Source: an uncultured Gammaproteobacteria bacterium
GTDB lineage: Bacteria; Patescibacteriota; Patescibacteriia; UBA9934
Direction: 5' to 3'
NCBI GenBank assembly: GCA_964401485.1
Contig: CAYNYL010000002.1
Span: 36,452-100,451, forward strand
Length of the DNA stretch: 64,000 bases
Part shown: one piece after another, positions 19,312 through 29,001 of the stretch
Position numbering within the stretch: the first letter of the stretch is position 1
Layout: the number at the start of each line of letters is the position of its first letter
Notes under the pieces: generated by a model
Database searches by the model: none
What the model was told of the DNA's origin: nothing
The model's input: the letters and a program-made list of their open reading frames with translations, nothing else
Program-made: the position numbers and the translations under genes

Positions 19312-20187
19312 TCACTGGTAATAAACCGCAGAGCCAAAGCGCGCGTCGATATAGCGGACTGATTCAATCGGTTCAATTTTTGAAAGTGTCGCCGTGAGAA
19401 GCTGGCGAATTTCGGCGGGAGACGTGCGTACGTCGAGATAGAGGTCTGGACGATTCGCAGTCTTAACCACGAACCACCCTTCCCTGTCGGTTTCGAATAC
19501 GTAAAGGTATGGAATGAATTCGAGTGATCGAAGCACGGCATCTACTTCGAGAAGATGACTCGGCGTGGCGATTTGGAATGGGTGAAGTTCGCTCGTATAA
19601 TCGCCTACAACGTCGATAATTGGCACGGTTGGTTGTAGTGTCGCAATTTGCATCTCCCCCGCCTTATTTGCGAGTTTAAGCGCAATGGCGCCAGCCTCCT
19701 CCTCGGACGGGGCTCGGGTTGGTGTTCCGTCTAGGTCAACGAGTTGGTACCCCTCCCCTGTTCGCAAAATTATTTCCGAAACCCGCTCTTTAACGGTAAT
19801 GGTTAATACGTGATTTTCGACGCGCATTTCAATCGATTCGAGGTCAAATTTAGCAAGGGCTTGCTCTGCCCTTTCGGCGCGGAAAAACGGGGTTTGGCGA
19901 CGCGGAAAAAGCAAGAGTGCACGACGGTCGAGTGACTCCGAAACAGCCGTTTCGATTGTAAATGGATCGATCGTTGTTGCGCCTACAACAAGGACGGAGG
20001 TGATCCGAAAAAATGGCGAAAGGAGCAGGCTTATGCAAATACCGATAAGAAAAACGCTCGGAATCGCAAATCCGAGTCGTTTTTGCCACTTGGTTCGGAG
20101 CCGCTTTTTATGAAAAAGCTCATTCCGATAAGGGTTTTCCTTATGGCTTTGAATTTCTTCTGCAATGAGATAGTTCCTCCTTCCCAT
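19312..20187 (-). CDS. Cell division protein FtsQ/DivIB-like
   Basis: Basic N-terminus, single TM, POTRA-like region, LTITVKER, C-terminal YIDARFG. Confidence 0.75.
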   Translation of the reverse strand: MGRRNYLIAEEIQSHKENPYRNELFHKKRLRTKWQKRLGFAIPSVFLIGICISLLLSPFFRITSVLVVGATTIDPFTIETAVSESLDRRALLLFPRRQTPFFRAERAEQALAKFDLESIEMRVENHVLTITVKERVSEIILRTGEGYQLVDLDGTPTRAPSEEEAGAIALKLANKAGEMQIATLQPTVPIIDVVGDYTSELHPFQIATPSHLLEVDAVLRSLEFIPYLYVFETDREGWFVVKTANRPDLYLDVRTSPAEIRQLLTATLSKIEPIESVRYIDARFGSAVYYQ

Positions 20188-20188
20188 G

Positions 20189-21451
20189 CTATACGCCGAG
20201 AACGGTTTTTCCGCCTAGGTAAGGTTGTAGTGCCTTTGGGATTCGGATTGTGCCGTCTTCTTGCTGGTGATTCTCAAGGAGGGCGATCATCGTTCGTCCG
20301 AGTGCGAATGCGGTGCCGTTGAGGGTGTGGAGGTAGCGTGTACCGGAGTCATCCTTTACGCGTGTCTCAAGGCGTCGTGCTTGGAAGTCGGTTGTTGTGC
20401 TGCACGAGTGCGTTTCGCGGTAGGTGTTTTGTGTTGGAATCCAGGCCTCGATATCGTATTTTTTTGCGGCTGGAAGCCCGAGGTCGCCGGAGCCGATGAG
20501 GAGGACGTGATATGGGATTTCAAGCCCTTGCATCAATGTTTCCTCGATTGAAAGAATGAGCTCATGTTCACTTGCATCCGATTCCGGTAATGCAAAGCTA
20601 AACATCTCGATTTTATCGAATTGGTGCATACGCATCATTCCCTTTGTGTCCTTGCCGTAAGATCCGGCCTCACGACGGTAGCAAGGAGAGATTCCGACGT
20701 AGCGCTTCGGAAGATCGCTTGCCTTGAACGTCTCCCCCATGTGGAGCGGGCCGATCGCTTGCTCGGAAGTCCCGATCAAGTATTGGTTGTCTTTCTCGAG
20801 ATAATAAATTTCATCTTGTCCTCCGTGCTCGAGATAGCCCATGGCGCGCATCGCTTCAGCATTCACAAGGTGCGGAACGGAGATCGGGGTAAATCCATGT
20901 GTTTTTGCGACGTCGAGCGCGTAGGCGGTAAGGGCCATTTGAAGGAGGACGCCGTCGCCCTTTACGTAGGCGAATCGTGCACCGCTGACCTTTGCCCCGC
21001 GCTCAAGATCAAAGAGCCCGAGCGCCTCGCCAAGCGTCGCATGATCTTTTGGTTCAAAAGTGAATTTGGTTGGTTCCCCAACGGTTCGAATAACGGTATT
21101 TGCGCTCTCACCCTCGCCTACCGGGACGTCTGGGAGTGGAGGATTTGGCAATTTGTAGAGCAGATCATTAAGCTCAGTTTCAAGCGGGGCGATCTTTTCA
21201 AGGAGTGCTTTTTCGGTATCGCCAAGAGCGCGCATCGATTCAATCAATGCTTTTTTCTCGTCACCTTGGGCGCTCGCGATCGTTCCAGAGGCGGCATTCT
21301 TTTTTGCGGAGATACCCTCGATTTCCGTTTTGAGCGCGCGGACTTCCTCATCAAGAGCAAGGATACGATCGAGGCTGACATCTACCCCCTTCGCTTTTGC
21401 ACCGGCTTTATAGGCTTCCCCCTGTTCTCGAAGCTTTTTGAGATCAATCAT
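20189..21451 (-). CDS. serS: Serine--tRNA ligase
   Basis: GTSE, YRREAG, RMHQFDKIE, HTLNGT. Confidence 0.97.
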   Translation of the reverse strand: MIDLKKLREQGEAYKAGAKAKGVDVSLDRILALDEEVRALKTEIEGISAKKNAASGTIASAQGDEKKALIESMRALGDTEKALLEKIAPLETELNDLLYKLPNPPLPDVPVGEGESANTVIRTVGEPTKFTFEPKDHATLGEALGLFDLERGAKVSGARFAYVKGDGVLLQMALTAYALDVAKTHGFTPISVPHLVNAEAMRAMGYLEHGGQDEIYYLEKDNQYLIGTSEQAIGPLHMGETFKASDLPKRYVGISPCYRREAGSYGKDTKGMMRMHQFDKIEMFSFALPESDASEHELILSIEETLMQGLEIPYHVLLIGSGDLGLPAAKKYDIEAWIPTQNTYRETHSCSTTTDFQARRLETRVKDDSGTRYLHTLNGTAFALGRTMIALLENHQQEDGTIRIPKALQPYLGGKTVLGV

Positions 21452-21848
21452 AGTTGAGTTTTGAAGATTTGTAGCGATCCGGTTCGTAAGGGCTTCCCGT
21501 ACGGACTTCGAAATTTAGTGTATGCGCTTTTAGATAGGTCGTAAAGTCGGCTTTAAGAGCGGATTGATCATAGCCGAAGAAGACGAAATCGGGATGCGTG
21601 GTCGCAATAATTGTGTAGGTGCCCGGGTGCGTATCGCTTTGGTGTACCTCGCTTACGAGGCCGGACGTCTCGAGCGCGCGTTTCCGGGCTTCATACGTGA
21701 ATTTCGGCGCCTTTCCCTTGAATGATCTGACCGTTTCGTCGGTGGGCAGGCTTACGATCACGTCGCCAAGTTCGCCCGCCTCTTTAAGGAAAAATACGTG
21801 TCCCGGGTGAAGTCCATCGAAGCTCCCGAAAACAAGGACTCTCGGCAT
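21444..21848 (-). CDS. Cytidylyl/adenylyltransferase family (TagD/RibL-like)
   Basis: FGSFDGLHPGH (HxGH), FGYDQ, C-terminal YKSS. Confidence 0.8.
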   Translation of the reverse strand: MPRVLVFGSFDGLHPGHVFFLKEAGELGDVIVSLPTDETVRSFKGKAPKFTYEARKRALETSGLVSEVHQSDTHPGTYTIIATTHPDFVFFGYDQSALKADFTTYLKAHTLNFEVRTGSPYEPDRYKSSKLNYD

Positions 21849-21849
21849 A

Positions 21850-23343
21850 TTATTCTTCCGCTTCGCTTGCGCCTTCGTCGGTCAAAAGCGGTTTAAGCGT
21901 TGGGAAGAGGATGACTTCCTTGAGGTTTGGCGCACCCGTGAGAAGCATGACGAAGCGGTCGATTCCAAGTCCGTATCCAGCCGTTGGTGGAAGACCGGTT
22001 TTAAGCGCCGATAAGAAGTCATGGTCGATTGCCTGGGCCTCGTCACTTCCCCGCTCTCGGAGCGCGTCTTGCTCGTTAAATCGCTCTTCTTGCTCGATTG
22101 GGTCGTTGAGCTCGTTAAACGCGTTCCAAACCTCGACCCCTTTAATAACGAGTTGGGCACTTGCCGAGTAGTTCGGACGCTCTTCGCTTCGCTTTGCGAG
22201 CGGTTTCATTGATGCTGGGTACTCCGTGACAAATGTTGGTTGAACGATAAGTGGACGCACCTTTTCCTTGTAGAGCACATCAAAAAGCGCACCAAGACCA
22301 ATCGTTTCTTTTGCGTCCTTGATTCCCTCTTCGATCATTTTTGCGCGAAGCGCTTCTTCCGTCGTGTACGCATCGATATCGATTCCCGTTTTCTCAAGGA
22401 TGGCCTCTCTAAACGTGATGCGTTTGATCGGTCCTGAAAAATCAAGCGACAAGTCTCCGTGGTCAAGAATTCCGGTTGGCGAAAGAGCGAACACGACACG
22501 CTTAATAAGCGCCTCAATATGCTCGATTAAATCCTCGATTGTCGCGTATGCCCAGTAGCACTCGATTTGTGTAAATTCCGGGTTGTGTTGCGGACTGATC
22601 CCTTCATTGCGGAAGCAGCGTGCGTACTCGTACACTTTCTCGAATCCGCCAACGATTAAGCGTTTAAGGTAGAGTTCTGGCGCAATACGGAGGTAGAAGT
22701 CGTGGTGAAGCGTGTTGTGGTGTGTGACGAATGGATTTGCCGCTGCCCCTCCAGCAATTGGTTGGAGGATCGGCGTTTCAACTTCAAGAAATCCTTGTTC
22801 CTCGAGGTAGCTTCGGATAATGCCGACGATCTTTGAACGCGTCTTTGCGAGCGCCATCGATGATGGATTGACGATCAAGTCGAGATAGCGTTGGCGGTAG
22901 CGCTTTTCCGTATCGGTAAGTCCGTGAAATTTCTCTGGAAGTGGAAGGAGAGCCTTTGTTAGTAGCGTGTAGCGCTTTGTATCAATCGACTTCTCCCCTT
23001 TCATTGTTTTAAAAACCGTTCCTTCAAAACGATAAAAGTCACCAACGTCCGTTTCGTTGTGGAATTGATCGTAGGCGGGTACGCCAACAACGTCGCGGTG
23101 GAGGGCGACTTGGATAATCCCTGTTGCATCTTCAACGCGAACGAAGGTAAGTCCGCCATGCTTGCGAAGGGCGCGAATTCTTCCTGCAATCGAGACAACC
23201 GTTTTTTCAGCCTCGAATTGGTCGAATCGTACTAATACGGTTTCAGCGTCGTGGGTGTGCGCACCGTTTGGGGTGTACGGATTTCGCCCGTCCTTGATAA
23301 TCTGCTCTCGGCGTTCACGCCTTACGAGCTCCTCTTTGATCAT
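21850..23343 (-). CDS. lysS: Lysine--tRNA ligase (class II)
   Basis: YRQRYLDL, RIAPELYLKRL, FRNEG, HNPEF, GLGIDR. Confidence 0.97.
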   Translation of the reverse strand: MIKEELVRRERREQIIKDGRNPYTPNGAHTHDAETVLVRFDQFEAEKTVVSIAGRIRALRKHGGLTFVRVEDATGIIQVALHRDVVGVPAYDQFHNETDVGDFYRFEGTVFKTMKGEKSIDTKRYTLLTKALLPLPEKFHGLTDTEKRYRQRYLDLIVNPSSMALAKTRSKIVGIIRSYLEEQGFLEVETPILQPIAGGAAANPFVTHHNTLHHDFYLRIAPELYLKRLIVGGFEKVYEYARCFRNEGISPQHNPEFTQIECYWAYATIEDLIEHIEALIKRVVFALSPTGILDHGDLSLDFSGPIKRITFREAILEKTGIDIDAYTTEEALRAKMIEEGIKDAKETIGLGALFDVLYKEKVRPLIVQPTFVTEYPASMKPLAKRSEERPNYSASAQLVIKGVEVWNAFNELNDPIEQEERFNEQDALRERGSDEAQAIDHDFLSALKTGLPPTAGYGLGIDRFVMLLTGAPNLKEVILFPTLKPLLTDEGASEAEE

Positions 23344-23807
23344 ACTTCGTCGAGTGATTGAATCGTGTATTCGATTATACCATTTGGTCCTTCAAAGGAC
23401 GCGGTATCTCCAACCGATTTTCCGAGGAAGGCATTTCCAAGCGGTGAGTCGTTACTAATTTTCCCCTTGATCGGGTCAGTTTCCGCGGCTCCGACGAGCA
23501 TGAATTGTCGTGTCGCCCCGTCCTTCATCTTTACGGTAAAACGACTTCCGAGCCCGATGGTCGTTCCTCCTTTTTTCATGTCAACCACAACGGCATTTTT
23601 CACCATTTCCTCGAGACGGAAGATTTCTGTTTCATTCTCCGCTTGGAGTTCTTTTGCGTTATGATATTCAAAATTCTCGGAAAGATCTCCTTGATCTTTC
23701 GCAAGACCAATGCGTTCCGCGAGTTCCTTTCGTTTCTCGCCTCGTCGTACGGCAAGTTCCGCCTCGATTTCGGCTAGCTTTTCTTTCGATAAAAATAATG
23801 GGTGCAT
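23340..23807 (-). CDS. greA: Transcription elongation factor GreA
   Basis: GDLSENFEY, ISNDSPLG. Confidence 0.95.
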   Translation of the reverse strand: MHPLFLSKEKLAEIEAELAVRRGEKRKELAERIGLAKDQGDLSENFEYHNAKELQAENETEIFRLEEMVKNAVVVDMKKGGTTIGLGSRFTVKMKDGATRQFMLVGAAETDPIKGKISNDSPLGNAFLGKSVGDTASFEGPNGIIEYTIQSLDEV

Positions 23808-23849
23808 ATGGATAATACCGCCTTACGGGCGGTAGACGTAAATCATACC

Positions 23850-25802
23850 TTATTCCGCAAAATTAGCAAACCATTGCGTTAGGACTTCCCGAGCGATTGG
23901 GATCGCAAGACCGTCGCCACCTTCTTCGACAAGGACTGAAATGGCAATTTCCGGCTCGTCATACGGGGCAAATCCAATAAACCAAGAGTGTGGCGCTTTT
24001 GTTGAGGACCATTGTGCCGTTCCCGTCTTGCCGGCAACGGGAACGGGGACTTGTTGGAGTGATTGAGCAGAGCCAATAGTGACGGTTTGCCGCATCCCGA
24101 TTCGTACTTCATTCACAATATCGGGTTCGAGTATTTGTGTGCGAGTTGTTTCGCGTGCTCTATTGAGCTTTGGATCGACAAGAAATCCGCCGTTTGCGAA
24201 TACCGATGCGACGCGTGCCATTTGGAGCGGAGAAACGAGAATGTCTCCTTGGCCGATTGAAACATTGTAGGTGTCCCCGATGTACCACCGCTCACCCTTT
24301 GTTTTTTCTTTCCATTCTTTTGAAGGGAGAAACCCCTCTGCATCCCCGAAGAGATCAATGTGGGTTTGCTTCCCTAGCCCGAAGAGACTCGCGTATTCCA
24401 TCAACTTTTCAACCCCCAGTCCTTCGAAATCCTCGTAACCTCCTCCGAGATAGTAGAAGAATGTGTTTACCGAGTCGGCGATGGCGAAGTACATATTCGT
24501 TGGACCGTGTCCTCCCCCGCGCCAGTCCGGGAAGAACCATGGACCAACCTGAATTCCGCCCGTTGAGTAAATGACCGTTTGCCGATTGATAATGCCTTCG
24601 ATAAGTCCTCCGGCAATGTAGATTGGTTTGATTGTTGATCCGGCCGGAAAGTTTCCCGAGGTTGCCCGAGGAAAGAGCGGGCGTCGAGGATCGTTTAGAA
24701 GTGCTTCATAGTCGCTTGCGTTATTTTTCTTCGAGAAAAGATTTGCGTCATAGGCTGGCCAGGAAACGAGTGCAAGGAGTTCCCCGGTGGCGGGGTCCAT
24801 GACGACGACGGAGGCGTTTGTTGCGCCTGTTCCTGCGAGACGGGCTTCGATTATTTGCTCGATTACCGTGTGGAATCGTGCGTCAACAGAGAGGGTGAGC
24901 GCCTCCCCTGGTATTGGGTCTGTTTTTTCAATAATGCGTCGTTCCCGACCGCGCGCATCAACCTCAAGAATTGTTTTTCCAAATGTTCCTCGTAGGGCAT
25001 CCTCGTAGAATTTTTCAATACCTTGTTTTCCGATGACGTCGAATCGGCGATACCCCTTCTCTCTGTTTTGTGCGTATTCATCGGTATTCACGATTCCGAC
25101 GTAACCGAGGATGTGTGAGAGCGTTGGGATCGCGTAACTCAAGTATTCTCGTTTCGAGCTCATTTCAAGCGAGACGCCCGGGAATCGATTCCCTTCGGCG
25201 AGAAATAGCACGGCCTGTTCGTGGGTGATTGTATCAGAAAGTAGGATCGTCTCTCGATCAACCTTCTCTTTTAGGATTTGTTCGTAGATTGGGATCGGAT
25301 TAATTCCATAGGTGTTTGCGAGCTCGGTTGCGAGGGCCGTTGCCGATTCCTTCTCTTTGGGAAGAAGTGTTGGATTCAAGATGAGCTGAAAGACGGGAAT
25401 GTTCTTTGCAAGCACAAGCCCATTTCGATCGTAAATAACACCACGCTCGCTTGGTGTTACGAGTGTATAGATGCGGTTGTTTTCGGCGAGTGCGCGATAC
25501 GAGGTTCCCTTGATGAGCTGGAGGTAAGCGACGCGTCCGAGGAATAAGAGTGTAACGATCGTGAGAGCGAAAAGAGCGTAACGAAGTCGACTCGTTAGTG
25601 TTTGTGTCCCAAGAAATTGTCTTTGCTTTGAGCGTTCGAGTTCAGTTCCGGTTGCAATGACGCGCTCGAAAAATTGATCCGACTCGGATTCGTTGAGTAT
25701 TACCCGATCGTCGCTGTGTTCAATCGGGAAGATTGCATGTGAAGACTTGCGTTTAAGCCACATACTAGCGCAAGTAAAATACTTTTCGAAGAAGGAATTC
25801 AA
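23850..25802 (-). CDS. mrdA: Penicillin-binding protein 2
   Basis: RGVIYDRNG, STIK (SxxK), SVN, KTG; follows mreBCD. Confidence 0.93.
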   Translation of the reverse strand: MNSFFEKYFTCASMWLKRKSSHAIFPIEHSDDRVILNESESDQFFERVIATGTELERSKQRQFLGTQTLTSRLRYALFALTIVTLLFLGRVAYLQLIKGTSYRALAENNRIYTLVTPSERGVIYDRNGLVLAKNIPVFQLILNPTLLPKEKESATALATELANTYGINPIPIYEQILKEKVDRETILLSDTITHEQAVLFLAEGNRFPGVSLEMSSKREYLSYAIPTLSHILGYVGIVNTDEYAQNREKGYRRFDVIGKQGIEKFYEDALRGTFGKTILEVDARGRERRIIEKTDPIPGEALTLSVDARFHTVIEQIIEARLAGTGATNASVVVMDPATGELLALVSWPAYDANLFSKKNNASDYEALLNDPRRPLFPRATSGNFPAGSTIKPIYIAGGLIEGIINRQTVIYSTGGIQVGPWFFPDWRGGGHGPTNMYFAIADSVNTFFYYLGGGYEDFEGLGVEKLMEYASLFGLGKQTHIDLFGDAEGFLPSKEWKEKTKGERWYIGDTYNVSIGQGDILVSPLQMARVASVFANGGFLVDPKLNRARETTRTQILEPDIVNEVRIGMRQTVTIGSAQSLQQVPVPVAGKTGTAQWSSTKAPHSWFIGFAPYDEPEIAISVLVEEGGDGLAIPIAREVLTQWFANFAE

Positions 25803-26277
25803 CGTAGCGGGCGGTAAGGTATGCGACGTAAAGCGATAACAGGAGAACGACGAGGTCTCTTGGGATTTCGGTAAGTTCCCTTCCCGTGGAGAGTTCGGGT
25901 ACCTTGGAAAAAAGTTGCGCGATTTCTATACTCACAATACGAAGAATTCGTTCGGAGATAAATAGACTTCCGCCAAGTGCGAGAAGCGCATAAAGCGAAC
26001 GATGGGCGAATGTTTGTTTGGTAAGAAATGCGCCGATGCCCGCGAGGATAAATGCATGCCAAAAAAACGGTTCATTAAATCCAAAAAGCAGGCCGAGAAG
26101 CCCTGTGAGAATGAACCAGACAACCCCCTCAATTATTCCTACGCGATGAAGGAGAACGACGCCAACAACAAAGACAAGCGGAACAAGCGAAAATGGGCGC
26201 GGGAGCGGTTGAAGTAGGCTTGTTTCAATAACGACGCAGGAGGCAAATAGGAGTGGAAGGAAGAGCGACCGAATCAT
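25765..26277 (-). CDS. mreD: Probable rod shape protein MreD
   Basis: 170-aa hydrophobic protein between mreC and mrdA (synteny only). Confidence 0.6.
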   Translation of the reverse strand: MIRSLFLPLLFASCVVIETSLLQPLPRPFSLVPLVFVVGVVLLHRVGIIEGVVWFILTGLLGLLFGFNEPFFWHAFILAGIGAFLTKQTFAHRSLYALLALGGSLFISERILRIVSIEIAQLFSKVPELSTGRELTEIPRDLVVLLLSLYVAYLTARYVEFLLRKVFYLR

Positions 26278-27095
26278 AGTGCGTCCTTTGGAGGGAGGAG
26301 AATAAGAACGGTGCCGTAACGACGAGCGTCCACAAGCGGTTCAATGATTGCCGTTTGAAACGAAGAATTCTCCTCGGAGGTGACCTCTCGGACAACGCCG
26401 ACAATGAGTCCTGATGGGACATGGGACTGTGCGCCGGTTGTTGTTATGAGATCTCCGATCTGGACGAGCTCGGATTTCGGAATAAGCGACATGTTAAGAA
26501 AATAGCCGTTCTGCCCCTCGATGATTCCGGTTGTTTGCCCGCGGGTTGCGAGCGCTCCTGGGATTTTTGTTTGTTTGTCGGTAAGGAGGCGTACGACCGA
26601 TGTGTGATTTCCGACACGGTCGACTATTCCAAGAAGATGGCCTTGCTCAACGATAACGGGACGTCCAATAGTGATCCCGTCTGCGCTTCCCTTGTCGAGA
26701 AGGAGCATGTGCTCGTCCTCCTCGCTCCTTGAGAGAACCCGCGCCACCTGAGTTTGGTTTTCTGTAGTCTGTGTATAGTCGAGTAGTCGTTCAAGCTCGC
26801 GCACTTGCTCCTTGAGTGATGCAAGTTCGATTCTATCGGTTGCGAGCGCTTGCGCGAGTTCGCGGTAATGGTTGCGTTCAAGTTCGAGCTCCGCTTTCTT
26901 TGTATAAATATGCGAATAGACGCTGAAAATACCGTTTCCAATTCCGTAAAGTTGGCGTTGAAGAAAAAGTCGTCCGGCGTCAAAAAAACTCACTTGAAGT
27001 AACAATAGAAGCCCGAGAACGATGACAACAAAAAGGATAGCGCCTCGGTATTCGGCATCGAGAAGTTGGGCGATTGGTGTTCTTGTGCGCTTCAT
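26274..27095 (-). CDS. mreC: Rod shape-determining protein MreC
   Basis: TM plus coiled coil, LDKGSADGI, GDLITTTG, PSGLIVG. Confidence 0.9.
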   Translation of the reverse strand: MKRTRTPIAQLLDAEYRGAILFVVIVLGLLLLLQVSFFDAGRLFLQRQLYGIGNGIFSVYSHIYTKKAELELERNHYRELAQALATDRIELASLKEQVRELERLLDYTQTTENQTQVARVLSRSEEDEHMLLLDKGSADGITIGRPVIVEQGHLLGIVDRVGNHTSVVRLLTDKQTKIPGALATRGQTTGIIEGQNGYFLNMSLIPKSELVQIGDLITTTGAQSHVPSGLIVGVVREVTSEENSSFQTAIIEPLVDARRYGTVLILLPPKDAL

Positions 27096-27100
27096 TTTGA

Positions 27101-28153
27101 TTAGGTGTAACGCTCGTCACTTGTTGAAGGGAGGGTCACGTGTCGAAGGAGCGTTTGGTCATCGATTAGGACGCCTGTTCCTCGTACGGCGCAGGTGAGT
27201 GGATCGTCAGCAATATGAACTGGGATATCCGCTTCTTTCGCGATCAGGCGGTCAAGTCCTCGAAGAAGTGCTCCTCCCCCGGTGAGCACAATTCCCTTTT
27301 CGTAAATATCAGCCACGAGTTCCGGCGGGGTCGCTTCAAGCGTGGCCTTAATATTTTCAACGATATGGCGAAGCGATTTGTAGATCGCCTCTCGTACCTG
27401 TCCATCGTTAAGTAAAATTTCTTTCGGTAGTCCAGTAATCAAATCTCGTCCGCGTACCTCCATCGTTCCCGTTTGGTCGAGAGGAATCGCACTTCCTATG
27501 GTGCATTTTGTCATCTCCGCGACACGGTCTCCGATGAGAAGATTGAACACGTCGCGCGCAAATTGCATGATGTTTTTCGTTAGCTCATCTCCCGCGATCG
27601 AGAGAGCCTTCCACGTTACAACGCCGTTAAGCGAGATCACGGCAATTTCGGTTTTTCCTCCCCCGATGTCGACAACCATACTTCCCAAAGAATCGGAAAT
27701 CGGGAGCCTCGCTCCAAGCGCGGAAGTGATAACACCCTCAACGAGCGAAACTTCTCGCGCCCCTGCGGAAAACGCGGCATCTTCAACCGCCTTTCGTTCA
27801 ACCTCCGTCATCTCAAGCGGTACCCCGATAATGACTTTTGGGCGCGGAACGATCGTGAAGCTTTCCTCGTGAATATGATCAAGAAAATACTTGAGCATTT
27901 TCTCCGCGATTTCAAAATCCGAAATGACTCCTTTAGAGAGTGGTCTTGTCGTTGTGATGTGTGGCGGTGTCTTTCCGACCATGTCGCGAGCGGATCTCCC
28001 AACGGCAATCATTTGGTTACTGCGTGTATTTACGGCGACAATGGACGGTTCGTTAAGCACGATCCCACGTTCTTTTACGAAAATCCGGGTATTTGATGTA
28101 CCAAAATCGATTCCAATATCTTCTGAAAAGCGTCCGAGTAGTCTATTGAACAT
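27101..28153 (-). CDS. mreB: Rod shape-determining protein MreB
   Basis: IGIDFGTSNT, NEPSIVA, VDIGGG, LTGGGA. Confidence 0.96.
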   Translation of the reverse strand: MFNRLLGRFSEDIGIDFGTSNTRIFVKERGIVLNEPSIVAVNTRSNQMIAVGRSARDMVGKTPPHITTTRPLSKGVISDFEIAEKMLKYFLDHIHEESFTIVPRPKVIIGVPLEMTEVERKAVEDAAFSAGAREVSLVEGVITSALGARLPISDSLGSMVVDIGGGKTEIAVISLNGVVTWKALSIAGDELTKNIMQFARDVFNLLIGDRVAEMTKCTIGSAIPLDQTGTMEVRGRDLITGLPKEILLNDGQVREAIYKSLRHIVENIKATLEATPPELVADIYEKGIVLTGGGALLRGLDRLIAKEADIPVHIADDPLTCAVRGTGVLIDDQTLLRHVTLPSTSDERYT

Positions 28154-28228
28154 AAGGGGTTTGAGACCTCATTTTAACCAAGTCCCCATGATTAGCAAGG
28201 GACATTTTTGCCGTGGTATACTAGCGTT

Positions 28229-28609
28229 ATGAATATTCGCCAATATCTCACGGTTTTCCTTCTCGGCGCCCTGTTGACGGCTGGGTCATTTCTCGTTGTT
28301 CTGTTCAATGTGGATCCGCTCGAGGCGGGATTTTTCGGTCTTCTTCTCTTTCATTTTACCTTCTTTTTGGCACTTACAAGTACGTCGATTACCGTTGTGA
28401 CGTCACTCCGCGTTTGGTTTTCAAGCGAGGAAGATGTGCCACGTGCGATGAATAATTCGCTCCGTCAAAGTATCCTCTTTTCACTTCTTATTACGCTCCT
28501 TCTTTTGTTCTCCGGACTACAGCTTCTCCACTGGTGGATCTTTCTTCTTCTGTTCGTTGTGGTTGGTGTTATCGAGTACTTTTTTCTTGAAACCAAACAG
28601 GGGGATTAG
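28229..28609 (+). CDS. Four-TM hypothetical membrane protein
   Basis: Hydrophobic ORF; TATACT 6 nt upstream of ATG. Confidence 0.75.
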   Translation: MNIRQYLTVFLLGALLTAGSFLVVLFNVDPLEAGFFGLLLFHFTFFLALTSTSITVVTSLRVWFSSEEDVPRAMNNSLRQSILFSLLITLLLLFSGLQLLHWWIFLLLFVVVGVIEYFFLETKQGD

Positions 28610-29001
28610 TCTCGTTCCCGAACGGATTCTGGCCGGAGGGAAATTTCTATTTCATGGAGCGTGACACTTGGGAAGGCCCGTAGGATGGCGTCTTTAAGCC
28701 CTTCGCTCAGTGGTCGAAGCGCCTGTACGGTCTCGGGATATGAGCAAGCGATCGAAAGTTTATTGAATTTGTAAGAGACGACACGAAAATCAAGGTGCAT
28801 GTGTCGGTCCGTAGCGCTTTTTAGTTCTTCCTCTGCGCGTTTAACAATCATCGCCGACTCGACTTGTCCCGCAATCCCGTGCTTTGAAAGGGTTGCACGC
28901 AAAAGATCGCCGATCGCCACCGTTTTCGCTTTACGCGGGCGGTCGGGAGACGGTTTTCGAGGCTGATACTTGTAGGAGAAATTAGGCTTCTGAAAATTCA
29001 C
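28606..29001 (-). CDS. DUF721/DciA-like protein
   Basis: IGDLLRATLSKHGI...NKLSIAC pattern and size resemble DUF721; start uncertain. Confidence 0.55.
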   Translation of the reverse strand: MNFQKPNFSYKYQPRKPSPDRPRKAKTVAIGDLLRATLSKHGIAGQVESAMIVKRAEEELKSATDRHMHLDFRVVSYKFNKLSIACSYPETVQALRPLSEGLKDAILRAFPSVTLHEIEISLRPESVRERD

